A stretch of 64,000 nucleotides of DNA. Source: a virus. The position numbers were made by a program, and so were the translations under genes. Positions 55,619 to 64,000 of this stretch are shown here, in pieces. The notes under the pieces are model-generated. The model was not told the origin of the DNA. It worked only from the letters and a program-made list of their open reading frames with translations, and did not search any database. Where the stretch lies: IMG/VR virus record IMGVR_UViG_3300009523_000001, positions 53,666 to 117,665 of that record; one strand, written 5' to 3'. Each line of letters starts with the position of its first letter. Position 1 is the stretch's first letter.

Positions 55619-56314
55619 TTACGTCGTCCCCCCTCCCGCGGGAGCACCTAGGCGGCGAAGGTTGTCCCGAAGGATGCCAAGTTCGCGGATGAGCGCCTCA
55701 AGATCCTCAACGTGGAAGTCGAACGAGATGGCGTCCGGGGGCGGGCTGAACATCCGGCGCAACTGTAGCGGGGGAAACCCCGCGGGGAGGGCTGCCGAGA
55801 AGGTCAGCTCGATCTTGGCGTACGCAACGTCAGCGACCGGACCCTCGATCAGATCATGCTTCTTCACGCTGATGTCCCAGGTGAGGTTCTCAAGCGCCGA
55901 GCCCTTGCACGTTCTTCGGAGGATCGCGCGCTCCCGGAACTCGCGCGTCGCAAAGACCTCATGCACCTTCGCAACTCGACTGCGGACGTCCTCGACGAAC
56001 GCCGGAGGCATGGCACTCATCTTCACGCGCGGCTCAACGTTAGTAAACGCCTGGGACAGCTCGTAGTCGAGCGCGATTATGTCTAACGCCCAAACGATCT
56101 CGCGGTTGAGCACCCGTTCGAAAACGCGGCGCTTCTTGTCGTCCTTGATGCGCTCCTGGACCATCTGCCGGTCCAGCCGGGGCTCCACGCCGGTCGACGA
56201 AAGACGCCACCAGAGTGCCTTCGCATCAAGCAGCTCCTTCGCCTGCCCTAGGGTCTCGTCGAACTGGGCCCGTGGAACGAAGTGTGCCTGCGCGCGATCC
56301 TCGAACTCGCTCAT
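55619..56314 (-). CDS. COMM-domain (COMMD)-like protein
   Basis: LENLTWDISVKK..AYAKIELTF..ISFDFHVEDLEALIRELGILRDNL matches the COMM pattern; GAGGAG RBS. Confidence 0.55.
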   Translation of the reverse strand: MSEFEDRAQAHFVPRAQFDETLGQAKELLDAKALWWRLSSTGVEPRLDRQMVQERIKDDKKRRVFERVLNREIVWALDIIALDYELSQAFTNVEPRVKMSAMPPAFVEDVRSRVAKVHEVFATREFRERAILRRTCKGSALENLTWDISVKKHDLIEGPVADVAYAKIELTFSAALPAGFPPLQLRRMFSPPPDAISFDFHVEDLEALIRELGILRDNLRRLGAPAGGGTT

Positions 56315-56638
56315 GAGAGATCTCCTCGCACTAGACGAACGTACAGCTCGAAGGAAAGCACGTGCGCCTCGCGTCATAGTACGGATCGGGCTCAGGCGAT
56401 CAATTCCGTGAAATGGGCTCTTGTCCCGTCTCCCGGCCGGGCGCCTCTCATGGGAACCGTCGCGAAGCGTAGCGGAGCGCGGAGGCCAGCCGGGCCCCCC
56501 CCCCTCGCTACGCAGCCGCGGCCCGCTCGGCCGCCTCGGCAGCGAGGGCCGCTCGGACCAAGGCCCACGAGCCCCCCGACCCCGACCTGCGCGGTTTTGC
56601 ACACTCCAGTGCGAGTAGCTACGCTGAACCGGGCGCGC

Positions 56639-56839
56639 ATGGCCAAGATGAAGACCATCCACACGAAGCAGAAACGGCTCGTGCCCGGGAAACGGCGCAG
56701 GGTCGGTCCGAAGATGCGCAAGATGCTCCGGGCCGAAGTTGGGCTACTCGAGAAGAAGTCGCTGCGGCGCGCCCCATTGGACAAGGCAGGCGACTGCCTG
56801 CCCGAAGGCGCCAGTCCGTGGAAGCCCATCCAATTCTGA
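56639..56839 (+). CDS. Small basic protein
   Basis: MAKMKTIHTKQKRLVPGKRRR... Confidence 0.4.
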   Translation: MAKMKTIHTKQKRLVPGKRRRVGPKMRKMLRAEVGLLEKKSLRRAPLDKAGDCLPEGASPWKPIQF

Positions 56840-56946
56840 ACGCCCAAGCGCCATCGACACGACCTGCTCCAGCCGCACCCGCATGCGTTCGCGGCGCTCG
56901 AACGACGGCACCGACATCGCCGCCTGGGCGGCGGGCTGGTCCGTAG

Positions 56947-57213
56947 CTACGGCGGCGCCGCCGTGAGCGCGCGCAACGTCAGCTCGGTATCGCTGGCGGT
57001 GTACCAGAGCCAGAGCGCCGCTCCCGGAACACGTCGCACGCACGCCGGCAGTGACGGCGGGATGAGCCCCTCAATGTCCCCGGGCAGCGGTAGCCTTGGC
57101 GCACGCGCCAGCTCACGGATCGTGGCGTTCAGCTTCTGGCTCGTCGTGCTGCCGCCGGGAACAAGGCGCGCGACGCAGCGCGCGTACCCTCGGGTCAACC
57201 GGATCAGTCGCAC
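56947..57213 (-). CDS. Possible RelE/ParE-fold toxin
   Basis: 88 aa, basic; IRLTRGY..VRRV..LWLWY..LTLRAL topology. Confidence 0.4.
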   Translation of the reverse strand: MRLIRLTRGYARCVARLVPGGSTTSQKLNATIRELARAPRLPLPGDIEGLIPPSLPACVRRVPGAALWLWYTASDTELTLRALTAAPP

Positions 57214-57389
57214 TGCTCGCGACGGCGAGGGAACGGTTCACCTTCGCCGGTCTCAAGCCATCGGAGGTGGCCCTCGACGTCCACATCGTCGAGAACCTCG
57301 TGTGCGCCCTCGGCCTCTTCCGGCGGCAGCACGGGGCGCCCGCTAGCGTCGCGTTGCGGCGTGGGATGAGGCTTCGGACGCGGTCCCAT
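57204..57389 (-). CDS. Possible antitoxin
   Basis: Acidic small ORF overlapping the toxin-like start; VDVEGHLRWLETG. Confidence 0.35.
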   Translation of the reverse strand: MGPRPKPHPTPQRDASGRPVLPPEEAEGAHEVLDDVDVEGHLRWLETGEGEPFPRRREQCD

Positions 57390-57470
57390 GCACGAAATCA
57401 TAGCGCCCAGCGCGCGTACTTCAACGGGTTACGTTGTCAATCATCGTACTCGCCGGATCCTGCGACTGGC

Positions 57471-57950
57471 TCACGCCGCGACGTCGAACACCACCTGGTT
57501 CAGCCGCACCCGCATCCGTTCGTTATTCTCGAACGACAGCACCCAGGTCGCGCCTTGCGCCGGCGGGCGGTAGAGCATCGCGATCGTCTCCGGGCGAACA
57601 CACGGCACGTCGTCGAAGAGACCGTCCGTCACCTCGGCGCGCGGCACGACGGTGAACACGTCCTGACCCCCGCGCAAGTCGCGGAGGCGAAGCACCACCA
57701 CGTCGCCGTCATGCTCCCGCTGCTTCTCGACGAGCAGGGGCGGTGGCTTGGGCTTCAGCTTCGGCGTCCACCGCGAGTTGCGCAGCGCTCGCATCCCCTT
57801 GGCGTGCATGGCGGCGACCGTGGACTCGGTATCGACGGTGACCATCGACATCTCGCCGATGACGCCGCAGTGCTCGCAGTGGTCAGGGAGCTTGGGTTCC
57901 TCGATCCACTGAGCTACGAGGGTCGAACAGGAAGCTACAGCTTGCTGCAA
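57471..57950 (-). CDS. Hypothetical protein with CxxC (start uncertain)
   Basis: CEHCG; coding-like ORF. Confidence 0.5.
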   Translation of the reverse strand: MQQAVASCSTLVAQWIEEPKLPDHCEHCGVIGEMSMVTVDTESTVAAMHAKGMRALRNSRWTPKLKPKPPPLLVEKQREHDGDVVVLRLRDLRGGQDVFTVVPRAEVTDGLFDDVPCVRPETIAMLYRPPAQGATWVLSFENNERMRVRLNQVVFDVAA

Positions 57951-57966
57951 CTTGTGTCAAGTTGCA
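57946..57966. promoter_or_regulatory. Perfect palindrome TGCAACTTG-TGT-CAAGTTGCA between divergent genes
   Basis: 9-bp arms; shares TGCAAC with the 30806 cluster. Confidence 0.55.
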
Positions 57967-58005
57967 TTTGCCCATCCCGCACCGAAACCGGCTACGCTGC
58001 CGGGC

Positions 58006-59751
58006 ATGGCGGCCCCGAACCAGATCACCCTCGCCTTCTCCGTCGCGACGACCAACACCATCTACACGCCCACGCAGGCCGCCGCGAAGCTCGCCGCGGT
58101 TCCGCTCTACTCGTCCGACGGGACAGACCAAGTGCTCGGGCAAGCGTTCGGGCTCACCGTCGGGAGCGACGTCGTCTCGATCGGCGGCGTGACGGTCACG
58201 GGGGAGGCGGGCCATTTTGTGCCCGGCGAGACCGTCACAGACGCACCGGGTGGTGGAACCGCCACGGTTGCCGTCGACGAAGAGAACGGGACGCTCTACT
58301 TCGTCGAAGGAACCGTCGTCGGCCTATTCGCGCACGGCGACACAATCACCGGCGGCACGTCGGGCGCGACGGCGACCGTCAACAACGCGGCGGCTGGCGG
58401 CGGCCCCACCCCCACGACTCCGGGAGCCACACGCGTGCTCGTTCTCACCATGACGAGCGTGCTGGGAGCCCCCACCGCCCCGCCGCCGTTTCTGTGTCGG
58501 CCGACCGGCCCCCTGACGCCGCCACCAGCCGGTCAACCCGTCCTGCCGTACACGTTGACCGAGACCACCATCGACCGGTACACGCGCTTGCCCGTCACGA
58601 GCCCGGCGCCCGCCGCAATCGCAGCGTTCTACTCGACCAGCGATCTCGACACCGATGGCGTCGCGACGACCCCCGCGATTCCAGCCGGCAGCGGCGCGCA
58701 GATCATGACGCTCACCTACCGCGACTCGACCGGAGCCGGTCCATTTACGGTCCACACGAAGCTGATGGGCAAGTACCCGGCTCAGGTCACGCTCGCCGGC
58801 GGCAGCATCGACATCGCCGAGATCGTCGTGTGCTTCATCGAACAGACCGGAGCCTTCGAGAACTCCGTCGGTCAGATCACGCTCGCCGCGCTCGAGGCCG
58901 TCCTGCCGCCTATCCCCTCCCGCGCCACGCCCGCGGACTTCCCGGCGCTCACCGACGCCGCGCAGATGACGATCACGAGGCCCCTCATCTACCTGCCGCC
59001 GAGCTATTTCGCGCTCTCGCAGCAGCAGAACAGCGCTCCCCAGCTCGCCGGGGACTTCTGGGTCAAGAAGGACTCTTCGGTTGTGCTGACGACGGTGAGC
59101 CAGATCGGTATCATCGCATCGACCAATACCGTCGAATTCGCCGCGCAACTGGGAACGATCTATGAAATCGCAGCGGTCAGCGAGACGTTCGTCGAGCTTA
59201 CGACGCCGTATACCGGCCTCACGCGCCCGGAGATCGCCCCCGCAGCGGAGAAGCACCGCTACGCGCAGTCGGTGAACGAGGAGGCCGATGCGGTCACAAC
59301 CTCGGCGGTCCTCGTGTCTCCCGCCGCAGCAGGCGGCGGCCCCACGCAGGCGGCGCCACCGGACAACGCGCACCTCATGACGCTGCTCGCGGAGTTCACG
59401 TTGCCGCAAACGACGGCGCCGGCGCTGACGTACGTCGACGTCGCAGGTGGACCGTTCACGCCGGGCGAGACCGTGAAGGGACAGAAGAGCACCGGGTCGG
59501 CCACAGTGCTTTACGATGATCCAGGTGTCGACGAGTCGGGAATGCTCGCTTTCAATTCCGGCTCGGTCCAGAAGGGCTTCGTCAAGGGAGAGACCGTGAC
59601 CGGACAGACGTCTGGTGCGACCGCCACGGTGGTCGTGCCCCGCACGCTGGCGTCGAATCCGCTACCAACCAAGCTCTCCGGCCTCTACGCGCGCACGCTG
59701 TCGCTTGTCTTGGGGGCGCCGGTTGTTTCGCAACCGATTACGCTGGTGTAA
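58006..59751 (+). CDS. Putative virion structural protein with GETVT..SGATATV repeats
   Basis: Two FxPGETV../G[DE]T[IV]TG.TSGATATV modules typical of phage structural proteins; Thr/Val/Pro-rich. Confidence 0.6.
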   Translation: MAAPNQITLAFSVATTNTIYTPTQAAAKLAAVPLYSSDGTDQVLGQAFGLTVGSDVVSIGGVTVTGEAGHFVPGETVTDAPGGGTATVAVDEENGTLYFVEGTVVGLFAHGDTITGGTSGATATVNNAAAGGGPTPTTPGATRVLVLTMTSVLGAPTAPPPFLCRPTGPLTPPPAGQPVLPYTLTETTIDRYTRLPVTSPAPAAIAAFYSTSDLDTDGVATTPAIPAGSGAQIMTLTYRDSTGAGPFTVHTKLMGKYPAQVTLAGGSIDIAEIVVCFIEQTGAFENSVGQITLAALEAVLPPIPSRATPADFPALTDAAQMTITRPLIYLPPSYFALSQQQNSAPQLAGDFWVKKDSSVVLTTVSQIGIIASTNTVEFAAQLGTIYEIAAVSETFVELTTPYTGLTRPEIAPAAEKHRYAQSVNEEADAVTTSAVLVSPAAAGGGPTQAAPPDNAHLMTLLAEFTLPQTTAPALTYVDVAGGPFTPGETVKGQKSTGSATVLYDDPGVDESGMLAFNSGSVQKGFVKGETVTGQTSGATATVVVPRTLASNPLPTKLSGLYARTLSLVLGAPVVSQPITLV

Positions 59752-59767
59752 AAAAGGCTCGCCAAGG

Positions 59768-60295
59768 TCACATACACACCTTGGTAGTGCCGTAGTACTC
59801 CAACACGAACGGCGCCTGGGAAGAGACGACTTCACAGGCAGACCCGATCCCGCGGCACGTCACGCCCGGGTTGCCGCACTTATTCGGGAGCACGGAGTTC
59901 GATTGAAAGCAACAGAGACTCGTCCCGGCGTCGTCACCACCGGAATCGGCGCCCGAGGACGAATCGAGGCTCGAAAACGGGCTGTCCACCTCACCCGAGT
60001 CTGAACCGCCCGACGACGATCCGGACGCTTGACCCGCATCCACTCCCGCCTCCGCATCCACTCCAGCATCCGGAGTGACCGCCGGAGTAACCGGGGTCGC
60101 ATCCCCGGCACCGTGGTCCACCGGCTGGCTGCCACTTTCCTCGTCACCACGAGCCACTGGCTGGGCACCGCCATCGCCGGTCTCACCGGCGCCGAGCGTG
60201 TACGGTGCTCCACCGCAGCCTGCCAACATGACCACCATCGCGACCCACTTTGTGCTCATTCGGACGCTCATGATCCAATGGTAGCCCATCGTCAC
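59768..60295 (-). CDS. Lipoprotein (DAG/SSG-rich linker, Cys-rich tip)
   Basis: VVMLAGC lipobox; DAGVDAEAGVDAG. Confidence 0.65.
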   Translation of the reverse strand: MTMGYHWIMSVRMSTKWVAMVVMLAGCGGAPYTLGAGETGDGGAQPVARGDEESGSQPVDHGAGDATPVTPAVTPDAGVDAEAGVDAGQASGSSSGGSDSGEVDSPFSSLDSSSGADSGGDDAGTSLCCFQSNSVLPNKCGNPGVTCRGIGSACEVVSSQAPFVLEYYGTTKVCM

Positions 60296-60338
60296 TCATT
60301 GTCAATCAGTAGATAGCTACTACCTCCAGGGGCTGGAA

Positions 60339-60650
60339 TCAGCCTCCACCGTCCACCGGGAAGCACACGCACACAGTCGCGCCGCGCGGCGTGCATGCCT
60401 GACCGGACGGACACGGGCCGCCGCAAACTTTGGCCGCGTTGAACCCGCAGAACGGCGATCCCCCGTCGGCCGTCACGCAGGCGCAGACTGTTGGGCTTGG
60501 CGACGAGCACTGCTGGTTCGAGGGGCAGGTTCCGCCGCACACCCCCGCTTTGTCGAAGCCGCACGTGACGGGCGGCTGCACCGGCGACGTCGGGGGGCAT
60601 CCGATGACGCCGAGAAGCACGATCGCGAGAACGGTGAACTTGTGGCTCAT
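60339..60650 (-). CDS. Cys-rich lipoprotein
   Basis: MSHKFTVLAIVLLGVIGC; two CGF..VCGG.CPS.Q.C repeats. Confidence 0.7.
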   Translation of the reverse strand: MSHKFTVLAIVLLGVIGCPPTSPVQPPVTCGFDKAGVCGGTCPSNQQCSSPSPTVCACVTADGGSPFCGFNAAKVCGGPCPSGQACTPRGATVCVCFPVDGGG

Positions 60651-61177
60651 GGTTCGACTCCGTGAATCTTCGGCACCGCGTTGGAGGTGCCGGTCTTGAT
60701 GATCGCGTGCGCGCAGTCGCGAAGAAAGTATCCGGCCGCGAGCAACGCGCCGGCAGCAATAAGCGCAGCCACCGCCGTCGCTGCCCCCTTGCGCAGCCCC
60801 TCGCGAAATACGCTCTTGAGCCCGTCGATGAGCCCCATCCACCACGCCACCGCTTGGCGACGCTCAACCGCAGCGAGGGCATTCGGCAGGTCGTGATAGC
60901 TGATGGGCCGATCGCTCGGCGTGATGGCGGCTATCTCTGGCTTGCTTGGCTTTCTTTCGATGATGCCGAGCCGCTGCTCGATCCGCCCCAGGCTCCTTAC
61001 GATCCGTCCTTCCAGATCCGCCAACCGACCGGACGTGCTCTTCACCTGTCCGTCGAGCAGATCCACGTCCTGTCTGGTCTCCCACGCCAGCCGCACGGCG
61101 TTCTCAGCTACCACGATCGGACTCCCGAACAGGTGGTGACGCAGTTCAGGCGGATCGTCGTCCCGGACGGGCGGCAT
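60647..61177 (-). CDS. Coiled-coil membrane protein
   Basis: LADLEGRIVRSLGRIEQRL coil; TM AVAALIAAGALLAAGYFL. Confidence 0.6.
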   Translation of the reverse strand: MPPVRDDDPPELRHHLFGSPIVVAENAVRLAWETRQDVDLLDGQVKSTSGRLADLEGRIVRSLGRIEQRLGIIERKPSKPEIAAITPSDRPISYHDLPNALAAVERRQAVAWWMGLIDGLKSVFREGLRKGAATAVAALIAAGALLAAGYFLRDCAHAIIKTGTSNAVPKIHGVEP

Positions 61178-61241
61178 AACGCAATCCTTGTCGCTGATTT
61201 GTCTCTAGCCACCGACCAGCAGCTACTCTACCATCGTCAGC

Positions 61242-61580
61242 ATGCGTCGTGCCATCCCGTTCGCGTTTTCCCTTGCTGTCGCCATCCCCGCATCCTTCAC
61301 GGTCAGCGGCTGCTCTCCAGCGCAGTCGGCCATGTGGTCGACCATCGCGCAGACCGTCCTGAAGGACATCGAGAACGGCGTGGTGTTCAGCGCGATCGAA
61401 TCCGCCGTCGAGGCGCTGGATCCCGCCATCGCGGGGGACGTTGCCGCCGTGGACAAACTCATCATGGACGTTATCCAGTACCTCGAAGACACGGGGACGA
61501 TTCCGACGCTGTCGGTGGCGTACGCGGACAGCCTCAAAGCGCAAGCGCAGGCGAAGATCGCAGCGAAGGTGACCAAATGA
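61242..61580 (+). CDS. Lipoprotein
   Basis: MRRAIPFAFSLAVAIPASFTVSGC. Confidence 0.65.
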   Translation: MRRAIPFAFSLAVAIPASFTVSGCSPAQSAMWSTIAQTVLKDIENGVVFSAIESAVEALDPAIAGDVAAVDKLIMDVIQYLEDTGTIPTLSVAYADSLKAQAQAKIAAKVTK

Positions 61581-62830
61581 CCCCGCGCCCCTACTTCAAG
61601 CGTTCCCGTCGCTCTTTCCGCGAGCACCTCGCGGCGCACGCGACCGGAGGCGGTCCGTGGACGGTGCCGCTGCTCTGCGCGGCCTACGGCTTCCCGAAGG
61701 GCACGGCACCAGGCACCACGAAGCCGCTCGGCATCGTTGAGTGCGGCGGAGGGTTCGCGCTGTCGGACTTGCAAGCGTTCTTCGCAAGCATCGGCCAACC
61801 GATGCCGACCGTGACCTGGGTGACGGTCGACGTCGGCAACACTCCGGGCGGCGACGCCGACGTGGAGGTCGCGCTCGACATCGAGGTGCAGGCCGCTGCC
61901 TACTTCTACTGCACCGGAAAGTTGCCGAGCGAGATTCGAGTCTACGGATCCTCGGACATCGCGAGCGGAGTTCGGCAGGCGACCAAGGACGGCTGCTGCG
62001 TGACGTCGATCTCGTGGGGCGCCAACGAGTCCGCATGGGGGATCTCGAGCGCCCAGGATATGGAAAACGCTGCTTCGGCAGCCCTCGCCGCCAGCAACGA
62101 CGTCTTCGCTGCCTCGGGCGACAACGATGCGGACGACGGGTCGGGATCGATCTCGGTCGACTGCCCGTCGAGCTGCCCCAGCATCGTCGGATGCGGCGGA
62201 ACGACGAAGACCACGACGAGCGAGTCCGTCTGGAACAACTCCCCCGCCAACGATCCGAACGGCGAAGGGACGGGCGGCGGGTTCAGCGCGTACTTCCCGG
62301 TACAGAGCTTCCAGGTTGGCGCGCCCGCTCCGCCGGCGAAGCTCGGTCGAATGGTCCCGGACGTCTCTGGCAACGCAGACCCCAACACGGGGTACGAAAT
62401 CGTCCAAGGCGGCAGCGCGCAGGTCGTCGGCGGAACGTCGGCGGTCGCGCCGCTGATCTCCGGCTTCTGCGCAGCGATCGGCGGCAAAGGGGCTCTTCAC
62501 GCGTTCTGGAAGAACCAGGGGGCGTTCAACGACATCACCCAGGGTACGAACGGCTACTACGACGCCGCCCAGGGCCCGGACGCGTGCAGCGGCATCGGAA
62601 CGCCGATCGGCGCAAAAGTCGCGGCGATCTTCGCGGGGAGTGCACCCCCCGCTCCGACTCCGACCCCCGCACCGCCGAATGCCGGCGTGCTAACGGCCGT
62701 CCAGGTCGCTGCCGTGCAGACCGCGGTGTCCGGCGTGCTCGCGAAGCAGCTCGCGTTGATGGAGAAGGTTCAGGTCGCGCCCCAGCTCGCCGCTGCGGTG
62801 GCGGCACTCGGGCCGGTGGCGTCCTCGTGA
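61577..62830 (+). CDS. S53 (sedolisin/kumamolisin-like) serine-carboxyl peptidase lacking the pro-domain
   Basis: EVALDIE, SISWG, ASGDN, VPDVS, GGTSAVAP, DIT.G.N..D.CSG.GTP. Confidence 0.9.
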   Translation: MTPRPYFKRSRRSFREHLAAHATGGGPWTVPLLCAAYGFPKGTAPGTTKPLGIVECGGGFALSDLQAFFASIGQPMPTVTWVTVDVGNTPGGDADVEVALDIEVQAAAYFYCTGKLPSEIRVYGSSDIASGVRQATKDGCCVTSISWGANESAWGISSAQDMENAASAALAASNDVFAASGDNDADDGSGSISVDCPSSCPSIVGCGGTTKTTTSESVWNNSPANDPNGEGTGGGFSAYFPVQSFQVGAPAPPAKLGRMVPDVSGNADPNTGYEIVQGGSAQVVGGTSAVAPLISGFCAAIGGKGALHAFWKNQGAFNDITQGTNGYYDAAQGPDACSGIGTPIGAKVAAIFAGSAPPAPTPTPAPPNAGVLTAVQVAAVQTAVSGVLAKQLALMEKVQVAPQLAAAVAALGPVASS

Positions 62831-63096
62831 TTCGTCGGCTCGTCCTCGCGGGGCTCGCCGGCGCGCTGGCAGCTTGCTCGGGATGTCGCACAACGCCTCC
62901 ACCGACCTCTCCACCGACCGCATCCACCCTTGCGGCGGAGCTCGTCGACGCCGGTTGCATCGTCCCGTCGGCCACACTGACGGCGTCCATCCAGATCGAC
63001 GAGCAGAGCGACGCGGCCCCTGCCTGGTTTCGATGCCTCGTCGACGGTGGCACTCCGCGGGCGTGCGGGGTCCCCTGCGGGGACGGCGGTCAGTAA
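62827..63096 (+). CDS. Small lipoprotein
   Basis: VIRRLVLAGLAGALAAC; coupled to S53 stop. Confidence 0.6.
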   Translation: MIRRLVLAGLAGALAACSGCRTTPPPTSPPTASTLAAELVDAGCIVPSATLTASIQIDEQSDAAPAWFRCLVDGGTPRACGVPCGDGGQ

Positions 63097-63145
63097 TTCA
63101 GCGTGAGCGAATCGTCCTGCATTGCCGCGATGGCTATAGGCGCGC

Positions 63146-63487
63146 TCACGTACCACCACACACCCGCGCCGACCGCAATTGGGCTTCACGCGCGGCGTCG
63201 ATCAGCTTCTGGCATGCGCCCGTCGGGTCGTTCGTTCCGAGGTCGCCGCACACCGTAACCTGCGTCTGAATGGCGACGTTGCGTTCCTCGAGTGCCTGCT
63301 GGCAACTCTCGCCCGCGTCGACGTACGCGCACGTGTGTCCGCCCCAGCCTTCGGTGCACGGCGGTGCCTGAGCGGGCGGACCGCCGCATGCGATAGTGGC
63401 CAACGCTATTGAGATTGCCTGCGTGATCTTCAAGTTGGTCTCCTTCGCGCGCACGTTACTGCGCCGTTTCTGGTGACACGGGCGCAC
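63146..63487 (-). CDS. Small lipoprotein (start uncertain)
   Basis: ISIALATIAC lipobox. Confidence 0.5.
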   Translation of the reverse strand: MRPCHQKRRSNVRAKETNLKITQAISIALATIACGGPPAQAPPCTEGWGGHTCAYVDAGESCQQALEERNVAIQTQVTVCGDLGTNDPTGACQKLIDAAREAQLRSARVCGGT

Positions 63488-63761
63488 GCAAACCTACGAA
63501 TTGTCCACTGAGCGACCCACGTTCCCACTCGTGGGTACCACCAAGCCCCCTCGCGACAGCGTCGTAGATTCGGTAACGCTGCTCTATTGGCCAGCCAGCG
63601 GAGATTCCGTTCACGACAGCCCAGAGACCAGCCTCGGCCGCCGCAAGGCGTGTGCGAAGCTCGGCGAGCTGGCATCCCACCTCAACCTCACCTTCGCGGT
63701 GGAGTGGCCCCTCGCAGCCACATCGTGAGCAGGTCCGCTGAGCTTCCTGAGCTGCCGTCAT
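63456..63761 (-). CDS. Hypothetical phage-like protein
   Basis: CSRCGC..H; LAELRTRLAAAE coil; GAGG RBS. Confidence 0.5.
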   Translation of the reverse strand: MTAAQEAQRTCSRCGCEGPLHREGEVEVGCQLAELRTRLAAAEAGLWAVVNGISAGWPIEQRYRIYDAVARGLGGTHEWERGSLSGQFVGLRAPVSPETAQ

Positions 63762-63805
63762 GTTTCCCTCGTTCTTTCTCGACTCGCGCGCATGCGGGCG
63801 CGCGG

Positions 63806-63979
63806 TTACTTCCCGCGGTTTCGTTCACGCCACTCCAGCGCCGCACGATGTGCTGGGCCCTTCGAGACGTACGACACCTCGTCGAGGAGCGCTCTGAGGA
63901 TTGACCCGCGCTCTTCGGATTCGGCACGAAGTCGTCGAACCTCTGACTCTGCATCTGCTGGCTGCTGGTCGTAGCTCAC
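63806..63979 (-). CDS. Small coiled-coil phage-like protein (57 aa)
   Basis: VSYDQQPADAESEVRRLRAESEERG..; AGGAGG RBS. Confidence 0.45.
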   Translation of the reverse strand: MSYDQQPADAESEVRRLRAESEERGSILRALLDEVSYVSKGPAHRAALEWRERNRGK

Positions 63980-64000
63980 TGGCCCTCCTTTGCGCGCATG

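Larger units (their letters stand above)
1..64000. mobile_element. Large provirus/virus-like element (putative tailless, membrane-containing jelly-roll virus); boundaries not seen in window
   Basis: No housekeeping genes in 64 kb; compact ATGA-coupled operons; fibre, capsid-like, DNA-condensing, lytic transglycosylase, GroES, HNH, recombinase and TA genes; no HK97/portal/terminase/tail genes recognised. Confidence 0.7.

Noticed and set aside
56401-56640. GC-rich hairpins and a poly-C run as a possible ncRNA or origin
   Set aside because: Pairing is expected at this GC content; no recognisable family or second copy.
57096-59165. 689-aa plus-strand ORF
   Set aside because: Off-frame overlap with the 58006 gene and antisense to small minus-strand genes; Arg/His-rich artefact.
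60662-61576. Upstream extension of the S53 ORF (722 aa in the track) as a pro-domain
   Set aside because: The extension overlaps two better genes and is off-frame-like; the ATGA-coupled start at 61577 is preferred.
1-64000. Tailed-phage module, replication genes, reverse transcriptase/DGR, tRNA/rRNA, attL/attR
   Set aside because: No terminase, portal, HK97, polymerase, primase-helicase, RT or structural RNA signature recognised by eye; divergent versions could be missed.

Overview
High-GC 64-kb window with no host housekeeping gene. It reads as part of one large integrated or episomal virus-like element. The host is probably Myxococcota (Polyangiales-like), inferred from the DAG/SSGG-rich lipoproteins. 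Left arm (1-17.3 kb, minus strand): paralogous collagen/Gly-rich fibre proteins sharing an N-terminal MSF[VI]IGRGRxAxETYP peptide, followed by a glycosylation operon (NDP-sugar epimerase, SAM methyltransferases, a 1566-aa multidomain glycosyltransferase). Middle (22.7-44 kb, plus strand): RHH regulator, GroES-like and RadC/JAB genes, a LysM protein, an embedded TnpB, a transglutaminase-like Cys protease, an Arg/Lys-rich protamine-like polyprotein, and candidate large and small single-jelly-roll capsid proteins. These are followed by membrane-anchored proteins (lytic transglycosylase, SGNH hydrolase, B-lectin). About nine proteins share a GRPVxxFG[VL]G leader. I recognised no HK97 capsid, portal, terminase, tail or packaging ATPase, so my best reading is an unusually large tailless, membrane-containing jelly-roll provirus with glycosylated collagen fibres; the capsid call needs structural confirmation. 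Accessory cargo: several toxin-antitoxin modules, a Cre-like recombinase with a lox-like site, a complete IS903-like SWIM-DDE transposon (13-bp TIRs, 9-bp TSD) carrying a NotI-like R-M system, a COMMD-like/PIN operon, and a prodomain-less S53 protease among lipoproteins. A ~40-bp palindromic motif recurs three times at module boundaries. All family assignments come from motifs recognised by eye; no searches were run.
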